A stretch of 63,763 nucleotides of DNA, counting the filler, from an uncultured Methanospirillum sp. (GTDB taxonomy: Archaea > Halobacteriota > Methanomicrobia > Methanomicrobiales > Methanospirillaceae): NCBI GenBank assembly GCA_964637135.1. It is 4 parts of 3 records of this genome, joined end to end, with 100 filler letters (N's around TTAATTAATTAA, not from the genome) between each part and the next. Parts side by side here need not be neighbours in the genome. Positions count along the whole stretch, not along the records: positions 38,092 to 63,763 come from CAZWTX010000035.1; 3 more parts are not named here. One strand, given 5' to 3'. The translations under genes were made by a program, and so were the position numbers. This document shows positions 60,495 through 63,763 of the stretch, one piece after another (the first letter of the stretch is position 1; every line of letters starts with the position of its first letter). The notes beneath the pieces were generated by a model. The model saw nothing but the letters and a program-made list of their open reading frames with translations. It did no database searches and was not told where the DNA came from.

Positions 60495-63400
60495 ATGATG
60501 GATGGGAATCATATAATCAGGCCGGCAGTACTGCTGGTCGTGCTCCTCTGTTCACTCATGATCACGGCATCCGCGGTGCCGCCGCTTCCAGCCGAATTTT
60601 ACGGCAGTGTATCGGTGGATGGAACACCGGCAGTATCCGGAACCGGGATCATAGCGAAGATCAATGATCAGATCAGAGGGAAACTCGCGATCACTTCCGG
60701 CGGCTCGTATGGAGGGACCGGCATCTTTGATGATAAACTGGTCGTGGCAGCAACCGAGGAGGATGTCAAGGCTGGAAATGCCGAGGTCAGCTTTTATATC
60801 GGGGACAAGAAAGCCGATCAGTCGGTAGCCTTTGAACCGGGAAAGATCCAGAACCTGGACCTGACTTCGGGTGGAGGCCCTCTGCCGGTTCTTTCAGCCA
60901 GTTTCACCGCATCTCCCGTTTCAGGTACAGCACCCCTTGAGGTCACGTTCACTGACACGTCAACCGGAACCCCGGTCACCTGGTACTGGGACTTCGGAGA
61001 CGGGCTGACATCAGGCGAGCAGTCTCCAAAGCATACATACACCACGAACGGTCTCTACAGCGTCACGCTGACGGTGAGTGATGCAACCGGTGCATCAAGC
61101 ACGAAGAAGATGGAGAACGGAATATCGGTGGGCGGCAGTTCAGGAATCATTGCTGACTTTACTGCAACCCCGACGAGCGGATCAGCTCCCCTGACGGTTC
61201 AGTTTACTGACACCTCTACCGGAAGCCCGACCATGTGGGCATGGGACTTCGGGGACGGCGGGGTAACACCAATGGATGCATCCTGCTCTGGTGCTGACTG
61301 TATCAATATTGCAAACCCGAAACACACCTACCAGAATCCGGGGACCTACACGGTAAAACTGACCGCAAGCAGTCAGACCGGCGGATCAAACACGAAGGTC
61401 AGAGAAGGATACATTACCGTAAGCAGCACGGGCGGCATCATTGCAGACTTTGAAGGGGTACCAACAAGCGGAACCGCACCACTGACGGTCCAGTTCACCG
61501 ATAAATCCACCGGAAGCCCGACCATGTGGGCATGGGAATTTGGTGACGGTACCAGTGAAGGGATGCTTGCAAACCCGACCCATACATACCAGAGTCCCGG
61601 AACCTACACGGTTAAACTGACCGCAAGCAGTCAGACCGGCGGGTCAGGCACGAAGGTCAAAGAGAATTATATCGTAGTCTCCGGGTCAGGCCAGGGTCCG
61701 AAAGCTGCCTTTACGGTTGACAAGAAGGCCGGGCCGAAACCCCTGACGGTTCAGTTTACCGACACCTCAACCGGAAATCCGACCATGTGGGCATGGGACT
61801 TCGGGGACGGCACCAGTGAAGGAATGCATGCAAACCCGACCCATACTTACGAACAGGCAGGTGTCTACACAGTAAGCCTGACCGCCTCAAACACACTCGG
61901 TTCTGACAAGAAGACAGAGAAGGATTTCATTTCCGTCACCGGTGATATCCCCCCACCGGTTGCAATGTTCGAGGGGTCACCTCTCTCCGGAGCCGCTCCG
62001 CTGACGGTCAGCTTCAAGGATCTCTCCATCGGTCCGCCAACCGGGTACGCATGGGACTTTGGTGACGGCACGAGCAGTACTGAAGCAGATCCGACGCACA
62101 CATACAGCCAGCCGGGCACCTACACCATCACCCTGAAGGTGACGAACAGCGGTGGCTCGCACGTCATGAAGAGGGAGAACTATGTCGCGGTCTCGTCCGG
62201 TTCCGGGATTGTTGCCGACTTTGAAGGAACCCCAACCAGTGGCTATGCCCCGCTGACCGTCCAGTTTACCGACAAATCCACCGGGAATCCGACCATGTGG
62301 GCATGGGACTTCGGAGATGGCAGTGTTACACCGATGGATGCAACCTGCTCCGGTGCCGAATGCATGAATATTGCCAATCCGAAGCACACCTACCAGAACC
62401 CGGGCACCTACACGGTAAAACTGACCGCAAGCAGCCAGACCGGCGGGTCAAGTACAAAGGTCAGAGAGGGATATGTTACCGTGAGCAACTCAGGCGGTAT
62501 CATTGCAGACTTCTCGGCAGCACCGACAAGCGGTAATGCCCCGCTGACCGTCCAGTTCACAGATATGTCCACCGGGAACCCGACCATGTGGGCATGGGAC
62601 TTCGGGGACAGCAGTGTTACACCGATGGATGCAACCTGCTCCGGTGCCGAATGCATGAACATTGCCAATCCGAAGCACACCTACCAGAACCCGGGCACCT
62701 ACACCGTGAAACTGACTGCAAGCAGCCAGACCGGCGGGTCAAGCACGAAGGTCAGAGAGGGATACATTACCGTGACCAGTTCGGGCGGTATCATTGCAGA
62801 CTTCTCAGCAACACCAACACGTGGCAGTGCCCCCCTGTCAGTCCAGTTCAAGGATCAGTCATCCGGCAGCCCGACCATGTGGGCATGGGAATTTGGAGAC
62901 GGCGGTTCTGATCTTGTAGCAAACCCGGTCCACCTATACCGCAGTCCGGGATCCTACACCGTGAAACTGACCGCCAGCAATATGGCATCGTCGAGCACTG
63001 TGGTCAAGGATCGCTTAATCCAGGTGGATCAGCCAGGTCCGTATGTTCCCGGTCAGATCAAGATCACCTATGCTCCTGACCGGTCGCAGGTCTACCTGAA
63101 CGGTCAGCTCCAGGGAGAGACCAAATTCCTCCAGTCCTACCGGATTCAGAGTCTTCAGCCGGGTATCTACCAACTGAAGATCTCCAAACCCGGATTTACC
63201 GACTATGTCAGGGATATTCCCGTTGCTGCCGGTAAGGTAACCGAGATCGTTGCAGACATGCGGATAGCACCCACCCAGAACGGGATACTGAGTGTATACT
63301 CCTACCCGACGGGAGCACAGGTATACGTAGATGGCAGTGCGAAAGGAACCGCACCGCTCTGGCTTGCAGATGTTCCACCCGGGGTCCATTCCATTAAGGT

Positions 63401-63763
63401 AAGCGCACCGGATTATCTCGACTGGACCGAACAGGTCACCGTGAACGGTGGCGGAAGTGTTACCTATGTCACGGCAGCCCTCTATCCGTCCTGGTGGGCA
63501 CCGCTCTACGGTTACCTGATGATTTCATCTCTCCCGGAGAACGGAGTGGCATATCTTGACGGAATCCAGCAGGGTGCCACCCCGCTGACCCTCTCCCAGG
63601 TCAGCCCCGGTGTTCATTCGGTCAGGATTGAGGTTCAGGGGTATGCCCCGTGGGAACAGCAGGTAACGGTGATGGAAGGAAGAACTGCGTATGTCATTGC
63701 CCAGATGAATCAGGGACAGGCAGCTACTCCGATCACGCAGATGTCAGTCACCTCGGCAGAAGC
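60495..63763 (+). CDS. Large secreted surface protein: signal peptide, N-terminal domain (VPPLPAEFYG...), 8 PKD domains and 3 PEGA domains; 3' end outside the window
   Basis: Absent from the ORF track because it has no stop in the window. Frame 3 reads M(M)DGNHIIRPAVLLVVLLCSLMITASAVPPLPAEFYGSV..., with eight W(D/E)FGD motifs followed by PEGA motifs. Confidence 0.9.
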   Translation, partial: MMDGNHIIRPAVLLVVLLCSLMITASAVPPLPAEFYGSVSVDGTPAVSGTGIIAKINDQIRGKLAITSGGSYGGTGIFDDKLVVAATEEDVKAGNAEVSFYIGDKKADQSVAFEPGKIQNLDLTSGGGPLPVLSASFTASPVSGTAPLEVTFTDTSTGTPVTWYWDFGDGLTSGEQSPKHTYTTNGLYSVTLTVSDATGASSTKKMENGISVGGSSGIIADFTATPTSGSAPLTVQFTDTSTGSPTMWAWDFGDGGVTPMDASCSGADCINIANPKHTYQNPGTYTVKLTASSQTGGSNTKVREGYITVSSTGGIIADFEGVPTSGTAPLTVQFTDKSTGSPTMWAWEFGDGTSEGMLANPTHTYQSPGTYTVKLTASSQTGGSGTKVKENYIVVSGSGQGPKAAFTVDKKAGPKPLTVQFTDTSTGNPTMWAWDFGDGTSEGMHANPTHTYEQAGVYTVSLTASNTLGSDKKTEKDFISVTGDIPPPVAMFEGSPLSGAAPLTVSFKDLSIGPPTGYAWDFGDGTSSTEADPTHTYSQPGTYTITLKVTNSGGSHVMKRENYVAVSSGSGIVADFEGTPTSGYAPLTVQFTDKSTGNPTMWAWDFGDGSVTPMDATCSGAECMNIANPKHTYQNPGTYTVKLTASSQTGGSSTKVREGYVTVSNSGGIIADFSAAPTSGNAPLTVQFTDMSTGNPTMWAWDFGDSSVTPMDATCSGAECMNIANPKHTYQNPGTYTVKLTASSQTGGSSTKVREGYITVTSSGGIIADFSATPTRGSAPLSVQFKDQSSGSPTMWAWEFGDGGSDLVANPVHLYRSPGSYTVKLTASNMASSSTVVKDRLIQVDQPGPYVPGQIKITYAPDRSQVYLNGQLQGETKFLQSYRIQSLQPGIYQLKISKPGFTDYVRDIPVAAGKVTEIVADMRIAPTQNGILSVYSYPTGAQVYVDGSAKGTAPLWLADVPPGVHSIKVSAPDYLDWTEQVTVNGGGSVTYVTAALYPSWWAPLYGYLMISSLPENGVAYLDGIQQGATPLTLSQVSPGVHSVRIEVQGYAPWEQQVTVMEGRTAYVIAQMNQGQAATPITQMSVTSAE
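62208..62789 (+). repeat. Near-identical 291-bp tandem PKD repeats (a related copy lies at 61146-61436)
   Basis: Units start at 62208, 62499 and (partially) 62790, with long identical runs such as CCGATGGATGCAACCTGCTCCGGTGCCGAATGCATGAA. Confidence 0.92.

Noticed and set aside
61146..62900. Regularly spaced repeats as a CRISPR array or DGR template/variable pair
   Set aside because: They are in-frame coding PKD domain repeats whose differences are not adenine-specific, and there is no cas or reverse transcriptase gene in the window.

Overview
Archaeal chromosomal DNA from a methanogen of the order Methanomicrobiales, probably related to Methanospirillum. The evidence is Mmp10, SepRS, archaeal ribosomal proteins, aEF-2, aRF1, many PKD/PEGA surface proteins and a likely sheath-protein homologue. 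The assembly is a draft: three artificial N44-TTAATTAATTAA-N44 contig linkers (4297-4396, 6745-6844, 37992-38091) mean adjacency across them is unproven, and the 100-N gap at 29951-30050 is a 55-bp contig overlap. Most of the window is housekeeping: dinB, fba-pfk, mmp10, rps15-DHH-pcc1-rps3ae-serS, amtB-glnK, hypF, lysS, metG, rps12-rps7-fusA, queDEC and prf1-argS-taw1-sepS, plus tRNA-Thr(TGT), tRNA-Phe(GAA) and a truncated initiator tRNA-Met. The more unusual parts are: (i) a three-gene operon of secreted proteins sharing cohesin-like domains, one with a C-terminal dockerin-like module (22870-30403), which is the best candidate for a little-described system; (ii) an integrase-bearing element at tRNA-Thr with an Hjc-like nuclease; (iii) a PPi-type pfk whose only nearby ATG is out of frame across an A9 run; (iv) two toxin-antitoxin loci fused by a deletion that removed both toxins; (v) structured leaders before rps15, rps3ae, serS, rps12 and amtB; and (vi) a PKD8-PEGA3 protein with recently duplicated Cys-loop PKD units. 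No CRISPR array or rRNA was seen. All family assignments come from motif recognition by eye, not from database searches.
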